Part shown: positions 41,033-50,781 of the stretch, one piece after another | Layout of the letters: each line of letters opens with the position of its first letter | Position numbering within the stretch: position 1 is the first letter of the stretch | Source: a virus | Lineage: Duplodnaviria; Caudoviricetes | DNA length: 64,000 nt | Direction: 5' to 3' (one strand) | IMG/VR virus record: IMGVR_UViG_3300025392_000002 | Translations under genes and position numbers: made by a program | Notes under the pieces: model-generated | The model's database searches: none | What the model was told of the DNA's origin: nothing | Seen by the model: the letters and a program-made list of their open reading frames with translations, nothing else

Positions 41033-41395
41033 ATGGCGTCAGGAATAGTAAAAACACTACAATTAACAAACGGAAACATTGCCACCCTGGTGGCTGGATA
41101 TACATGTCCAGCTAACACTTATGGTGTTTATAATATTTCGTTTACAAATACAGCTAGTGTATCACAAACAATTAGATTATATATCGGTTCAGGTACTGCG
41201 GCAGCTCCAGTAGCTAGTGAAATATTTGAATATAGCACTACTATTGTAGCAAACGGTGTGTTTGAAAGAACTGGTTTAGTATTATCTGCTAACCAAAACA
41301 TATATGTAGGTAGTAGCGGCGGTTCAGGCGGTGCAGGTACAACAACCGGATATGTGGCATTGAACATATACGGCATTGAAACTAGCACAAGTTAA
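41033..41395 (+). CDS. small structural protein
   Basis: 120 aa, FEY..TI.ANGVFERTGLVL...YGIE motif. Confidence 0.7.
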   Translation: MASGIVKTLQLTNGNIATLVAGYTCPANTYGVYNISFTNTASVSQTIRLYIGSGTAAAPVASEIFEYSTTIVANGVFERTGLVLSANQNIYVGSSGGSGGAGTTTGYVALNIYGIETSTS

Positions 41396-41416
41396 TAATT
41401 AAAGAGAGATTAAAAT

Positions 41417-42181
41417 ATGGCACGTTACAATACCCAACTGGCGCAAGGCACACAAAGTTCTGGTACCAACCCTATTACAACACCTGCGTCAGGTCAGCTA
41501 ACAGAGTTTACTGGCGCCGCGCCATATACTATCACTATTCCTGATCCAACAATTTATCAAGGCGTAACACAAAGTTTTTATAACAATACTAGCAATGCTG
41601 GTAGTGTTACACTACAAACACCTACTGGACAATTTATTGGGCCAGGCGGAACTGCAAGTAACCAGTATGTATTACCCACACAAACTACTGTTACACTAGC
41701 ATCCGATGGTGCTAACTATATTCTTCAATCGCAAAACGGTGGAAACTTAGTTGCAACTACAAGTACATTTGGCGGTCTAGCAACATTTACTAACAGTATA
41801 CAAGTTAACGGTACGTATGTAAGAGCTAGTATCGCATTTACACCAAGTGCTACATACGACTTAACAACATTAACTTATATTCAAACAGTTTACGGACAAA
41901 CTTGGAGTGTACAAGGTTCTAGTTTTACAGCAACAGCTGGCGGACGTTATTTCTGCTCAGGCGGTATTACTGTAACATTACCAGCAAGTCCAAACGTAGG
42001 CGATATGGTTCAAATTGTCGACTATAACGGAAACTTTAACTCAAGTAACGTAACTGTTAATCCGCAAAGTAATAAAATTATGCGTCAAGCGACGACCATG
42101 ACTGTCTCAACAGCAGGTGCCGCATTTACGCTTGTATATTCTGGCTCAACAAACGGCTGGTTAATGGCTAACGGTATTTAA
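41417..42181 (+). CDS. tail fibre-associated protein
   Basis: ITVTLPASPNVGD.VQIVD...LVY.G...GW motif, resembling repeat units of T4 proximal tail fibres. Confidence 0.7.
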   Translation: MARYNTQLAQGTQSSGTNPITTPASGQLTEFTGAAPYTITIPDPTIYQGVTQSFYNNTSNAGSVTLQTPTGQFIGPGGTASNQYVLPTQTTVTLASDGANYILQSQNGGNLVATTSTFGGLATFTNSIQVNGTYVRASIAFTPSATYDLTTLTYIQTVYGQTWSVQGSSFTATAGGRYFCSGGITVTLPASPNVGDMVQIVDYNGNFNSSNVTVNPQSNKIMRQATTMTVSTAGAAFTLVYSGSTNGWLMANGI

Positions 42182-42193
42182 TAAAGGGATACA

Positions 42194-43033
42194 ATGGCTT
42201 TTACATACGAATCGCTTAAACAAGTTTCTGGTAGTGAGATTATACCAGGTACCATTGTCACAGGCAACATTGCAAGCAACACTATTACTGCTACTGAAAT
42301 TGCATCGGGTAACGTTACCAGTGCAGTACTGGCAGCAGGATCTGTTGATTTACAAGGATCAGCAGTAACTAGTTATTTAGGTATAGGTAATGGTGGAACA
42401 GCTAATACTGGTCTTGGCGGTGCTTATACTGCTTTTAGAGGTGATGCATCGTTTCGTAACTATGGTTTATACGGAATTGCGGTCTACACAGGAAGTAGTA
42501 CTTGGAGCAGACCAACTGATGTTCGTTTTATTAAAGTAACTTGCCAGGGCGGTGGTGGAGGTGGTTCTGGACATGGAGAATCTGGCGGTGCTGGTGGATA
42601 TTGTGAACTTGTATTAGATGTACGCGGCATTGGTTCAGTATCAGTTTCAATCGGTGGCGACGTAGGTGGCAGTTTTTATTCTGGTGCAGGCGGTAACGGC
42701 AATGGTGTAAGTTTTGGTCCATACTGTTCAGCAGGTGGCGGTTATGGTGCAAATCAAAATAATCAACATTCTGGTGGCCTTGGCGGAGTAGGCAGCGGCG
42801 GCAATTTAAATATTTACGGTGGCGGTGGCGCAAACCATCACCAAGAAAGTGGTATCGGCGGTGCAAGTTTCTGGGGAGGATCAGTAGCCGGAGGTCATCC
42901 ACAGGGTGGAAACTTTAGCCATAACCACCAAAGTCATTCAGCACCTGGCTCAGGCGGCGCAGGTGCATACTTTCATGGACATTATGGTTCAAATGGAAAA
43001 TCTGGAATGATTGTAGTTTACATGTATTATTAA
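42194..43033 (+). CDS. glycine-rich tail fibre tip/adhesin, paralogue 1
   Basis: W.RP...GGGGGGSGHGESGGAGGY...G.SG.IVV glycine-rich domain. Confidence 0.75.
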   Translation: MAFTYESLKQVSGSEIIPGTIVTGNIASNTITATEIASGNVTSAVLAAGSVDLQGSAVTSYLGIGNGGTANTGLGGAYTAFRGDASFRNYGLYGIAVYTGSSTWSRPTDVRFIKVTCQGGGGGGSGHGESGGAGGYCELVLDVRGIGSVSVSIGGDVGGSFYSGAGGNGNGVSFGPYCSAGGGYGANQNNQHSGGLGGVGSGGNLNIYGGGGANHHQESGIGGASFWGGSVAGGHPQGGNFSHNHQSHSAPGSGGAGAYFHGHYGSNGKSGMIVVYMYY

Positions 43034-43042
43034 AGGTTAAAA

Positions 43043-43900
43043 ATGGCATTCGATTATCAATCACTTAGAAATATTACAGATCCTCAGTTTATCAGACAGA
43101 CGCTAGTTACTGGCGATTTTGCCAGTGCCGCAGTAACAACAGCAACTATTGTCAATAATACAGTTACATCAACACAACTAGGTACAAGTTCGGTTGTAAT
43201 GAGTTCAAACGTTGTGACTAACACACTACAATATGGTCGTGGAGGAACAGGTCTTACTAGTCTAGGTAGCGGATATTATACATTGGCAGTCAATAGCTCA
43301 GGTAACGGATATAACTGGGTACCTTACGGAGTTTATGGCATTCAAGTATTCACAAGCAGTACCACTTGGACTCGTCCTAGCTATGTTAGATATGTCAAAG
43401 TTCAATTAGTAGGAGCTGGTGGTGGCGGTTCAGGACACGGGGAATCCGGTGGTGCAGGCGGGTACAGTGAAAGAATTTTAAACGTCACTGGTATTAGTTC
43501 GGTATCAGTCTCGGTAGCTGGCGGAGATAGCGGCAGTAGCTTCTATTCAGGAGCAGGCTCACAAGGTGGTGGAACAAGTTTTGGGCCATACCTAAGTGCT
43601 AGCGGTGGATATGGAGCAAATCAAAACAACCAACATTCAGGCGGATTAGCTGGTACAGGTTCTGGTGGTGATATTAACGTATATGGTGGCGGTGGTCAAA
43701 CACACCATACTAGAAGTGCAGTAGGCGGAGATTGTTATTTTGGTGGAGCCGTAGCTGCCGGGCATCCACAAGGCGGCAATTTTAGTCATAATCACCAAGG
43801 TCATGCAACACCGGGTTCAGGCGGAACAGGTGGATATTTCGGCGGACACTATGGTTCTCAAGGTAAAAACGGAATCATCATAGTCACAATGTACTATTGA
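43043..43900 (+). CDS. glycine-rich tail fibre tip/adhesin, paralogue 2
   Basis: Same architecture, HPQGGNFSHNHQGH. Confidence 0.75.
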   Translation: MAFDYQSLRNITDPQFIRQTLVTGDFASAAVTTATIVNNTVTSTQLGTSSVVMSSNVVTNTLQYGRGGTGLTSLGSGYYTLAVNSSGNGYNWVPYGVYGIQVFTSSTTWTRPSYVRYVKVQLVGAGGGGSGHGESGGAGGYSERILNVTGISSVSVSVAGGDSGSSFYSGAGSQGGGTSFGPYLSASGGYGANQNNQHSGGLAGTGSGGDINVYGGGGQTHHTRSAVGGDCYFGGAVAAGHPQGGNFSHNHQGHATPGSGGTGGYFGGHYGSQGKNGIIIVTMYY

Positions 43901-43926
43901 TAAGTAAATGATCGAGGAAAACATTA

Positions 43927-44799
43927 ATGGCATTTGATTATCAAACACTTAAAAATATTAACGCTCAATTAGCAGTTACAGCCGCAAACGTTATCGGCGG
44001 CGCCGGTAGTGGCTCAATAGCCGCAGGTAATGTGACTACATCAGTTTTGGCTGCTAGTTCTGTCACCGGTGCTAAACTAGCAAATGCCTCAGTTAGTTTA
44101 CAGTCAAGTACTATTACAGGTGTATTGCCATATACTAGTGGCGGAACAGGATTAAATAGCTATCCTAACGATTATAACTCCTTGTTAAGAACAAACTCGG
44201 GTGGTAGTGGCATGGAATATGCCAACCACGGATTACAAAGTATGCAGGTTTTTACAAGCGGTGGCACTTGGAACTGCCCAGCTAACGTTCGCTATATAAG
44301 AGTTCAATGTGTTGGCGGTGGCGGTGGTGGTTCAGGCCATGGAGAATCTGGCGGTGCTGGCGGATATTGTGAAAGAATTTTAAACGTCACTAGCATCAGT
44401 TCGGTAAGTGTATCAATTGGTGGTGACGTAGGCGGTAGTTTTTATGCTGGCGCAGGATCAAACGGCAATGGTGTAAGTTTTGGTCCTTACTGTTCAGCAA
44501 ATCCTGGATATGGAGCTAATCAACAAAATCAACATAGCGGCGGAGTCAGCGGAACTGGATCTGGCGGAGACGTAAACATGTATGGTAGCGGTGGTGGTAG
44601 TCATCACCACAGTTTTGGCCCGGGAGGCAGAACATATTTTGGTGGAAGTGTTGCTGGCGGACATCCACAAGGCGGAAATTTTAGTCACAATCATCAAAGT
44701 CACTCAGTTCCAGGTAGCGGTGGTCGTGGAGCATACTTCCACGGACACTACGGATCAAACGGAAAATCCGGAATGATCATCATAACACATTATTATTAA
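43927..44799 (+). CDS. glycine-rich tail fibre tip/adhesin, paralogue 3
   Basis: Same architecture, HPQGGNFSHNHQSH; TAAGTA box 43901-43906. Confidence 0.75.
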   Translation: MAFDYQTLKNINAQLAVTAANVIGGAGSGSIAAGNVTTSVLAASSVTGAKLANASVSLQSSTITGVLPYTSGGTGLNSYPNDYNSLLRTNSGGSGMEYANHGLQSMQVFTSGGTWNCPANVRYIRVQCVGGGGGGSGHGESGGAGGYCERILNVTSISSVSVSIGGDVGGSFYAGAGSNGNGVSFGPYCSANPGYGANQQNQHSGGVSGTGSGGDVNMYGSGGGSHHHSFGPGGRTYFGGSVAGGHPQGGNFSHNHQSHSVPGSGGRGAYFHGHYGSNGKSGMIIITHYY

Positions 44800-44812
44800 T
44801 ACGGAGTTTAGA

Positions 44813-45355
44813 ATGAAGAAAGCACTAATGGGGTTTCAAGGTTATATACATGAAATTAAAGATCCCGGAGAAGATTATCAAATTTATGAAGGACCAGATG
44901 CTACAATGATGTGGGTCGATGCTCCTGACGATATTACCATCAACTGGACATTAGAATATAGTCCACGATACGCATGTATGGTATGGGTAGAACGTCCTAG
45001 ACCGTTTACCAACTTAGAAGTTGCTAGAAAAGTGGGCTATGGTGATGTTGGCGAACAATTAGGTATGTTGTTCGACGATTTAAAAGCAAACGGTACACTC
45101 AGCGCAGAAACTAGTTCATGGTTTGAACACGTATCTTATATTAAAAGTGTAATTCCTAAGCCACCACTAGTAGAAGAACCTAAACATTTAGAAGAGTTAT
45201 TAGTAGAATGGGCCACTAGAGAACCGACTATTTCTAAAGAATGCAAAATGTCTACACCTGAGCAACAAAGTTGGCTACGTTATCCTGGCTGGAAGAACTA
45301 TAATCCAGAAGCAGGTATGCCACCAAAAGATAGCATTATTAGAATTACAGAGTAA
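44813..45355 (+). CDS. tail fibre assembly chaperone-like protein
   Basis: RK..Y..V.EQL.ML......W......IK..IPKP motif typical of genes after phage fibres. Confidence 0.6.
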   Translation: MKKALMGFQGYIHEIKDPGEDYQIYEGPDATMMWVDAPDDITINWTLEYSPRYACMVWVERPRPFTNLEVARKVGYGDVGEQLGMLFDDLKANGTLSAETSSWFEHVSYIKSVIPKPPLVEEPKHLEELLVEWATREPTISKECKMSTPEQQSWLRYPGWKNYNPEAGMPPKDSIIRITE

Positions 45356-45369
45356 TTTTATCTAATAAT

Positions 45370-45393
45370 AAACCGGCCATCTAGGCCGGTTTT
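45370..45393 (+). terminator. rho-independent terminator ending the fibre operon
   Basis: AAACCGGCC-ATCTA-GGCCGGTTTT. Confidence 0.85.
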
Positions 45394-45447
45394 CACGACT
45401 AACGTATCTATTGACGGCTAAGTACTACTACAAATCTCAGAGGTAAT

Positions 45448-47085
45448 ATGGATAATTTTGAATACAAAAAAGTAGTAATAGTCGGTGGTGGAAGTTCAGG
45501 TTGGATGACGGCAGCCGCTCTATCTAAACTATGCCCACACTTGGAAATCACCTTAATTGAATCTAAAAAAATTGGAACTGTAGGTGTCGGCGAGTCTACA
45601 CTAGGCCATATCAATCGGTATTTAAACTTATTAGGTTTAAAAGATGAAGATTGGATGAAAGCCTGCAATGCTACGTATAAAAATTCAATCAGATTTACCA
45701 ACTTTAGAGAAAACAAAGGCGAATCCTTTGAATATCCATTTATTAACGGATATGATTTAACAGATAAACATAATGGATTGCAATCATGGGGTGAAGTTGC
45801 AACTATGTACCCAGACGATTATCCACCTGAAACTTTTTCAGAATTTTATGCGCCAGTTAATACACTACTAGCAAAGTATAATAAAGAAACTAAAAATGAA
45901 AACGGAGAATTCCGCCATTATGATTTCCCTACAAATACTGCTTATCACATGGATGCGGGTTTGTTTGGAGAATGGTTAAAAAATAATATAGCACTACCTA
46001 ATGGTGTAAAACAAGAATTCGGTGAATTGCATTCTTTTAGAAAAGATCCTAAAGGGAATCTTTCTCAAGTACTAACAACAGATGGAAGAACTTTCAATGG
46101 AGATCTATGGATTGACTGTACTGGCTTTAGAAGTTTGTTACTAGAAGAATGGATGGGATCATTTTTTATTCCGTTTGAAAATCAATTAGCCAATGATATG
46201 GCATGGGCATGTAGAATTCCTTACATTGATAGAGATAAGGAAATGCACAATGTTACAGATTGCCATGCATTAAACAATGGCTGGGTTTGGAATATTCCTT
46301 TATGGAATCGTATTGGTACTGGATATGTGTTTTCTTCAAGATTCTGTACACCACAAGAAGCTCAGAAAGAGTTCAGAGCTCATCTAGCTAAGAGCGATCC
46401 TAAACGTGCCGAAGAAGCAGAAATGTTCCAAGTTAAAATTAGACACGGTTATAGACATCGTGCTTGGAAAATGAATGTAGTAGGTGTTGGGTTAAGTTAT
46501 GGGTTTGTTGAACCATTAGAATCTACTGGATTACTAACAACACATGAAAATATTATAAGACTAGTTGATGTATTAAATCGTCGCAATGGATATGTTACTA
46601 GTGTGGAAAAAGAAGCATATAATCTAGCCGCACAATTAGAAGTTACCGGTTTCAGGGACTTTGTAGCATGTCATTATGCATTATCAAAGAGAACTGATAC
46701 TCCTTACTGGCGTTGGTATACACAAATTAATGATTTGTTTCCTTTGCAGTTTAACGATTTTATCCCAGCAATGCATACTGCATCAAATGCAATAGCGGCA
46801 TTAGCTAGTAATCATTATAACGAAAGTACTCAAGGGTTGTCATTTATCATGGCCGGCATGGGTATTAAAAATATATCAACACCCGCACTAGTGACAAGTA
46901 CAATCAGCAGTACTGGTACATCTGCACCAATAAGATTAACTGTAGATAAAATGGATGCAATTAATGATACTAAACGTAAACACGAACAATATATAGAGTG
47001 GCTTACAGAACGTATTAAAGAATTACCAAGTCACTATGAATATTTGAGAGACAATATTTACGGCGGTACAGATGAACATCTGTAA
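45448..47085 (+). CDS. flavin-dependent (tryptophan-halogenase family) halogenase 1
   Basis: GGGSSG FAD motif, GVGEST, ATYK catalytic Lys, WVWNIP, FVEPLESTG. Confidence 0.92.
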   Translation: MDNFEYKKVVIVGGGSSGWMTAAALSKLCPHLEITLIESKKIGTVGVGESTLGHINRYLNLLGLKDEDWMKACNATYKNSIRFTNFRENKGESFEYPFINGYDLTDKHNGLQSWGEVATMYPDDYPPETFSEFYAPVNTLLAKYNKETKNENGEFRHYDFPTNTAYHMDAGLFGEWLKNNIALPNGVKQEFGELHSFRKDPKGNLSQVLTTDGRTFNGDLWIDCTGFRSLLLEEWMGSFFIPFENQLANDMAWACRIPYIDRDKEMHNVTDCHALNNGWVWNIPLWNRIGTGYVFSSRFCTPQEAQKEFRAHLAKSDPKRAEEAEMFQVKIRHGYRHRAWKMNVVGVGLSYGFVEPLESTGLLTTHENIIRLVDVLNRRNGYVTSVEKEAYNLAAQLEVTGFRDFVACHYALSKRTDTPYWRWYTQINDLFPLQFNDFIPAMHTASNAIAALASNHYNESTQGLSFIMAGMGIKNISTPALVTSTISSTGTSAPIRLTVDKMDAINDTKRKHEQYIEWLTERIKELPSHYEYLRDNIYGGTDEHL

Positions 47086-47848
47086 ATGGTTGTTTGGTAA
47101 AAAAGAAAAAAGCTGGATTAGGTTCTACAGTATGGAGCCTGGTGTTCCAGAAATTTTCCCTATACGACCTTCTTCTGAAATAAAACGAAATTGGATGGAT
47201 GTACAACAAGATCCAGATCCTGATAACGGGCCAATGTATACAAAAAATTGTCCTGGCATTAAGAAATTAGTAAATTCAGGGTGGGTACTTACTGCTCCTG
47301 CTGATTTTATAATTGCCACTAATGGAGATAAAACTACATTTCGTTGGAGAGAATCAAGGAAGTTTAATAGAGGAACGCCAGGTTGGGAAAACTATGTAGG
47401 ATTTCATAATCAGCATCAAACAGAGTTAACTTTAGATGATCCTGAAAAAAGTTTAAAGACTGTAGTTAAGTTGGATACTCCATGGCGCATCGCCGCCTCA
47501 GACGACATGATGTTATTACAACTGCCTGTCAGCTATAATAACGAGTCAAGATTTACTGCGGCTACCGGAGTGTTTGATCCACGGTTTGGCCATGTAGTAA
47601 ATGTACAACTGTATTGGCATGTATTTGAAGGTGAAACTTTAATTAAAGCAGGAACTCCTTTAGTACAGTATTTGCCAATACGCAGGGATTATTTAAATAT
47701 TAGCAATCATATTGTTACTATTGACACTGCTACCGAACAAGATTTGCTAACTGAACGTAAGTTTAATTATGCAACAAATTGTACTTTTATAACACATGAT
47801 AATATTGGCTCACGACTACGTAGAGCAGTAAAATCTTTAGCTAAGTAA
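47072..47848 (+). CDS. hypothetical protein, possibly dUTPase-like beta fold
   Basis: KNCPG...GWVL.APADF, IKAGTPLVQY.P motifs. Confidence 0.45.
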   Translation: MNICKWLFGKKEKSWIRFYSMEPGVPEIFPIRPSSEIKRNWMDVQQDPDPDNGPMYTKNCPGIKKLVNSGWVLTAPADFIIATNGDKTTFRWRESRKFNRGTPGWENYVGFHNQHQTELTLDDPEKSLKTVVKLDTPWRIAASDDMMLLQLPVSYNNESRFTAATGVFDPRFGHVVNVQLYWHVFEGETLIKAGTPLVQYLPIRRDYLNISNHIVTIDTATEQDLLTERKFNYATNCTFITHDNIGSRLRRAVKSLAK

Positions 47849-47864
47849 TTCACAGGAGAATTAA

Positions 47865-48122
47865 ATGGAATATATCGACCACCTAAATCAATCTATTGAG
47901 AATGTTCAATCAGAATTGACTCGAGTTAAAGAAGAACTAGCAGTCCTAGAAAAAGATTTTGGCGATGTTAAACTTAATCCGTACGGAGTAACTAACATTG
48001 ATTTCAGCAAAAGACAAGAACTTATGAGCGATGCCTTAAAAATGGAAGGCGCAATAATGGGCCTAAATTTAGCTAAGGAAGCGTTTACCGGAGTAGCACC
48101 GGATGCAGTGGCCACACCTTAA
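47865..48122 (+). CDS. small coiled-coil hypothetical protein
   Basis: 85 aa, strong AGGAGA SD. Confidence 0.7.
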   Translation: MEYIDHLNQSIENVQSELTRVKEELAVLEKDFGDVKLNPYGVTNIDFSKRQELMSDALKMEGAIMGLNLAKEAFTGVAPDAVATP

Positions 48123-48705
48123 TGTAGTGCGTGATGGGCAGATGGCTGACCCATTTCCAAATTTAATTTGGAAATATCATTACGAGTTTGATTGGGATAA
48201 ACTAAAAGATAAAGTTTATAATCACATACAAAGCACTTCATGCTCGACATCGTTAGAGTTAGGCGATTCTCAATCTTCTATAGGTGCCGCTTATGAAGAC
48301 AGAGTTATCAATTGGCCAGAAATGCAGGATTTTCTCAAGTGGTTAGAACCTGTTTTTGAATTTCAGTGGCGTCATCACGGATATGTATACCAAGAAAAAC
48401 GTATTGGAGAAGTATGGTTTAATCGTCACGGCTTTGGAGGCCAAACACTTGAACACCATCACAACGGTATAGGACTAGTTCTTACTGCATACTTACAATT
48501 ACCTCCCGGGAGTGGATTCATCGAATTCCGAGATCCTTTAGAATATCACAAAGCCAACAGTCCTATTATTCCTGAAAATTTGTTATGGAAGTCTGTAGAA
48601 TGTGAGACAAATGATATTCTTATTTTTCCTGGATGGTTAAAACATCGAACACAGCCTAGTAACTCTAATGAAGACCGTGTTGTTATGACTATGAATATAA
48701 GATGA
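48103..48705 (+). CDS. 2OG-Fe(II) oxygenase (TIGR02466-like)
   Basis: WFN...EHHH, F.DP, IFPGWLKH.T, RVVMTMN; true start may be slightly downstream. Confidence 0.85.
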   Translation: MQWPHLNVVRDGQMADPFPNLIWKYHYEFDWDKLKDKVYNHIQSTSCSTSLELGDSQSSIGAAYEDRVINWPEMQDFLKWLEPVFEFQWRHHGYVYQEKRIGEVWFNRHGFGGQTLEHHHNGIGLVLTAYLQLPPGSGFIEFRDPLEYHKANSPIIPENLLWKSVECETNDILIFPGWLKHRTQPSNSNEDRVVMTMNIR

Positions 48706-49478
48706 ACTTTGTAACATGCTATCCAGATGCAAACTCGTTTAAAGATATTATACATGTCAAATCATTAGAAGATTGGCATGTTGAATATGTACCTTTAACA
48801 GATACTACAGGTTATTGGGTTGGAGATAATCCATTTTACGATAACGGATTTGACTTGTATAGAGATCTAGTTGCTATGTTTCCTATAGTATCTTCTAACA
48901 ATGACAAATATTGCTGGGATGCAAATCCTTTTGCTACAATACATCTACCAAGTTGGGCAAGCGAGTCTATTGCTGTACTAATAAAAGAATTTTATTTAAA
49001 AAATATTAGCCCGTACGGCAGTAATAGTCAAATAAACGAATGGGGAAATTTATATCGCAATGATGCCAAGCCGTTAAAAGCCTATCAGATTCCGCATATA
49101 GATTATCAAGCAGGTTTTATTGGAAATTTATGGTTCAGTAGCCACGAACCAGGTACTACTGGTACTAACATTTATGAATACACTGGAAAATATATAGATT
49201 CAGCTTATGATTTCCAAGTAGATACTAACCACCCGTTGCATGAAGAATATAAGTCTAGTCTTTATAGATTGGATAAATGGGAAAATTTTTCTGAAGAAGA
49301 CGCAGAGCACTGGGGATTTAAAAAACTTGGATTTGCTCCGTGCGTTGAAGGCAAGATGACCATGTATAAAGCTAACCAACCACATTGCCCTTGGCTTGAT
49401 AATAGTGTAAAATTTAGATGGTCTCACTCATATGCATTTCATTATGAGCCAATTAGAATGAGCAATTTAATAAAATGA
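48702..49478 (+). CDS. putative 2OG-Fe(II) oxygenase
   Basis: PHID, TGT.IY, distal QPH and R. Confidence 0.6.
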   Translation: MNFVTCYPDANSFKDIIHVKSLEDWHVEYVPLTDTTGYWVGDNPFYDNGFDLYRDLVAMFPIVSSNNDKYCWDANPFATIHLPSWASESIAVLIKEFYLKNISPYGSNSQINEWGNLYRNDAKPLKAYQIPHIDYQAGFIGNLWFSSHEPGTTGTNIYEYTGKYIDSAYDFQVDTNHPLHEEYKSSLYRLDKWENFSEEDAEHWGFKKLGFAPCVEGKMTMYKANQPHCPWLDNSVKFRWSHSYAFHYEPIRMSNLIK

Positions 49479-50068
49479 ACTTAGATGTATATTTTCCAAC
49501 TCCAGTTTGGTGGGAAGATCTCACCATTAACAACACTGAAATTTTAGATTTCTGCCATGAAATGCAGATCAAAAATCCTACTGGTCGACGTATTAGCAAT
49601 GTCGGCGGCTGGCAATCTGACGATATTGGGCCAGACGAATACCCTGAACTAAAATCTTTAGTAGATGCCATTTATGAAAAAACTAAATTTTGTTTAGAGA
49701 CTTACGGATTTGCACCAGAGTCGGTTAATATGACTATTGGAAATTTATGGATTAATATTAATAAAGAGTCAGATAGTAATGCTGTGCATACACATACCAG
49801 TGCTTTTTTATCCGGAGTCTACTACGTAAAGGCTAGTCGAAATAGTGCTCCTATTGTATTTTATAAAAATTTTGCAGAAGATGCAATAATTACATCAATT
49901 GCGCCAGTTGCAACATTTACACAGCTAAGTGGTTCTACTGCAAAGTATCCGCCTCGAGCTGGCCGCCTAGTTATGTTCCCAGCATGGTTACCGCATAGTG
50001 TATTGCCTAATCCAGTAGACGAAGAACGTATATCTATTGCATTCAATATAAAGATGAAACAATGTTAG
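49475..50068 (+). CDS. 2OG-Fe(II) oxygenase (TIGR02466-like)
   Basis: FPTP, SNVGGWQS, WININ, HTH..LSGVYY, FPAWLPHSV, RISIAFN. Confidence 0.92.
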   Translation: MNLDVYFPTPVWWEDLTINNTEILDFCHEMQIKNPTGRRISNVGGWQSDDIGPDEYPELKSLVDAIYEKTKFCLETYGFAPESVNMTIGNLWININKESDSNAVHTHTSAFLSGVYYVKASRNSAPIVFYKNFAEDAIITSIAPVATFTQLSGSTAKYPPRAGRLVMFPAWLPHSVLPNPVDEERISIAFNIKMKQC

Positions 50069-50781
50069 AAACTCTTGGCCAACAATTACTGAATGGTATA
50101 AATTTTGACTACGATGATCGTGCTGGATTTTTTCCAGGTTTAATTGCTAATCCTGAAAAATTCTTAACATGGAAAGATGTCGAAGAATGTGTTAACCGTC
50201 CAGAGTTATGGGAATTTGAAATAATTGATAGCAATAATAATAAAATTGATATTCCAGTTAGTACAAAAATGTGGAAGTATTCTGGAACTGTACAAGACAA
50301 ATCTTTATTAGCTAGGTATATTAATCAAGGTTGCACAGCAGTAATTACTAATTACGGATTTAAGAATGAATGGACCAATGAACTATTAAAAGTATTTGAA
50401 AATATTTTTAATGTTCATGCGGCTATACACGTATACTGCGGTTTACAAGGTAGTAAAAGTTTTACTATACACGACGACTATCCTGCAAACTTTATTATAC
50501 AAGTTGAAGGGGAAACACGATGGAAAATATTTAAAAATCGTATATCCTATTTGTATAAAACCGGAAGAATGAATGGTAAGTTAACTGATGATATGTTAGA
50601 TGTAGATATTGATGTAGTGCTTAAACCTGGAGATGTGTTGTATATTCCAGCAAGAGCATATCATGTAGCATATCCTGATCAAAAAAGATTATCTATGAGT
50701 ATTCCTTGTTGGAACAAACTGTCTACAGATGTACCGTCATTAGCTATTGATAGAAATACCTACAGGATTAATTATGAATGA
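50062..50781 (+). CDS. JmjC/cupin-4 oxygenase (ROXA/YcfD-like)
   Basis: SFTIHDD...FIIQVEG..RW, LKPGDVLYIP..YH. Confidence 0.85.
   Translation: MLETLGQQLLNGINFDYDDRAGFFPGLIANPEKFLTWKDVEECVNRPELWEFEIIDSNNNKIDIPVSTKMWKYSGTVQDKSLLARYINQGCTAVITNYGFKNEWTNELLKVFENIFNVHAAIHVYCGLQGSKSFTIHDDYPANFIIQVEGETRWKIFKNRISYLYKTGRMNGKLTDDMLDVDIDVVLKPGDVLYIPARAYHVAYPDQKRLSMSIPCWNKLSTDVPSLAIDRNTYRINYE

Noticed and set aside
42194-44799. Diversity-generating retroelement or invertible shufflon acting on the three tip genes
   Set aside because: No reverse transcriptase or invertase, no adenine-specific TR/VR pair, all copies intact and co-oriented
45411-45440. Sigma70 promoter (TTGACG) for halogenase 1
   Set aside because: No -10 hexamer at 16-18 nt spacing; the late-type TAAGTA fits better
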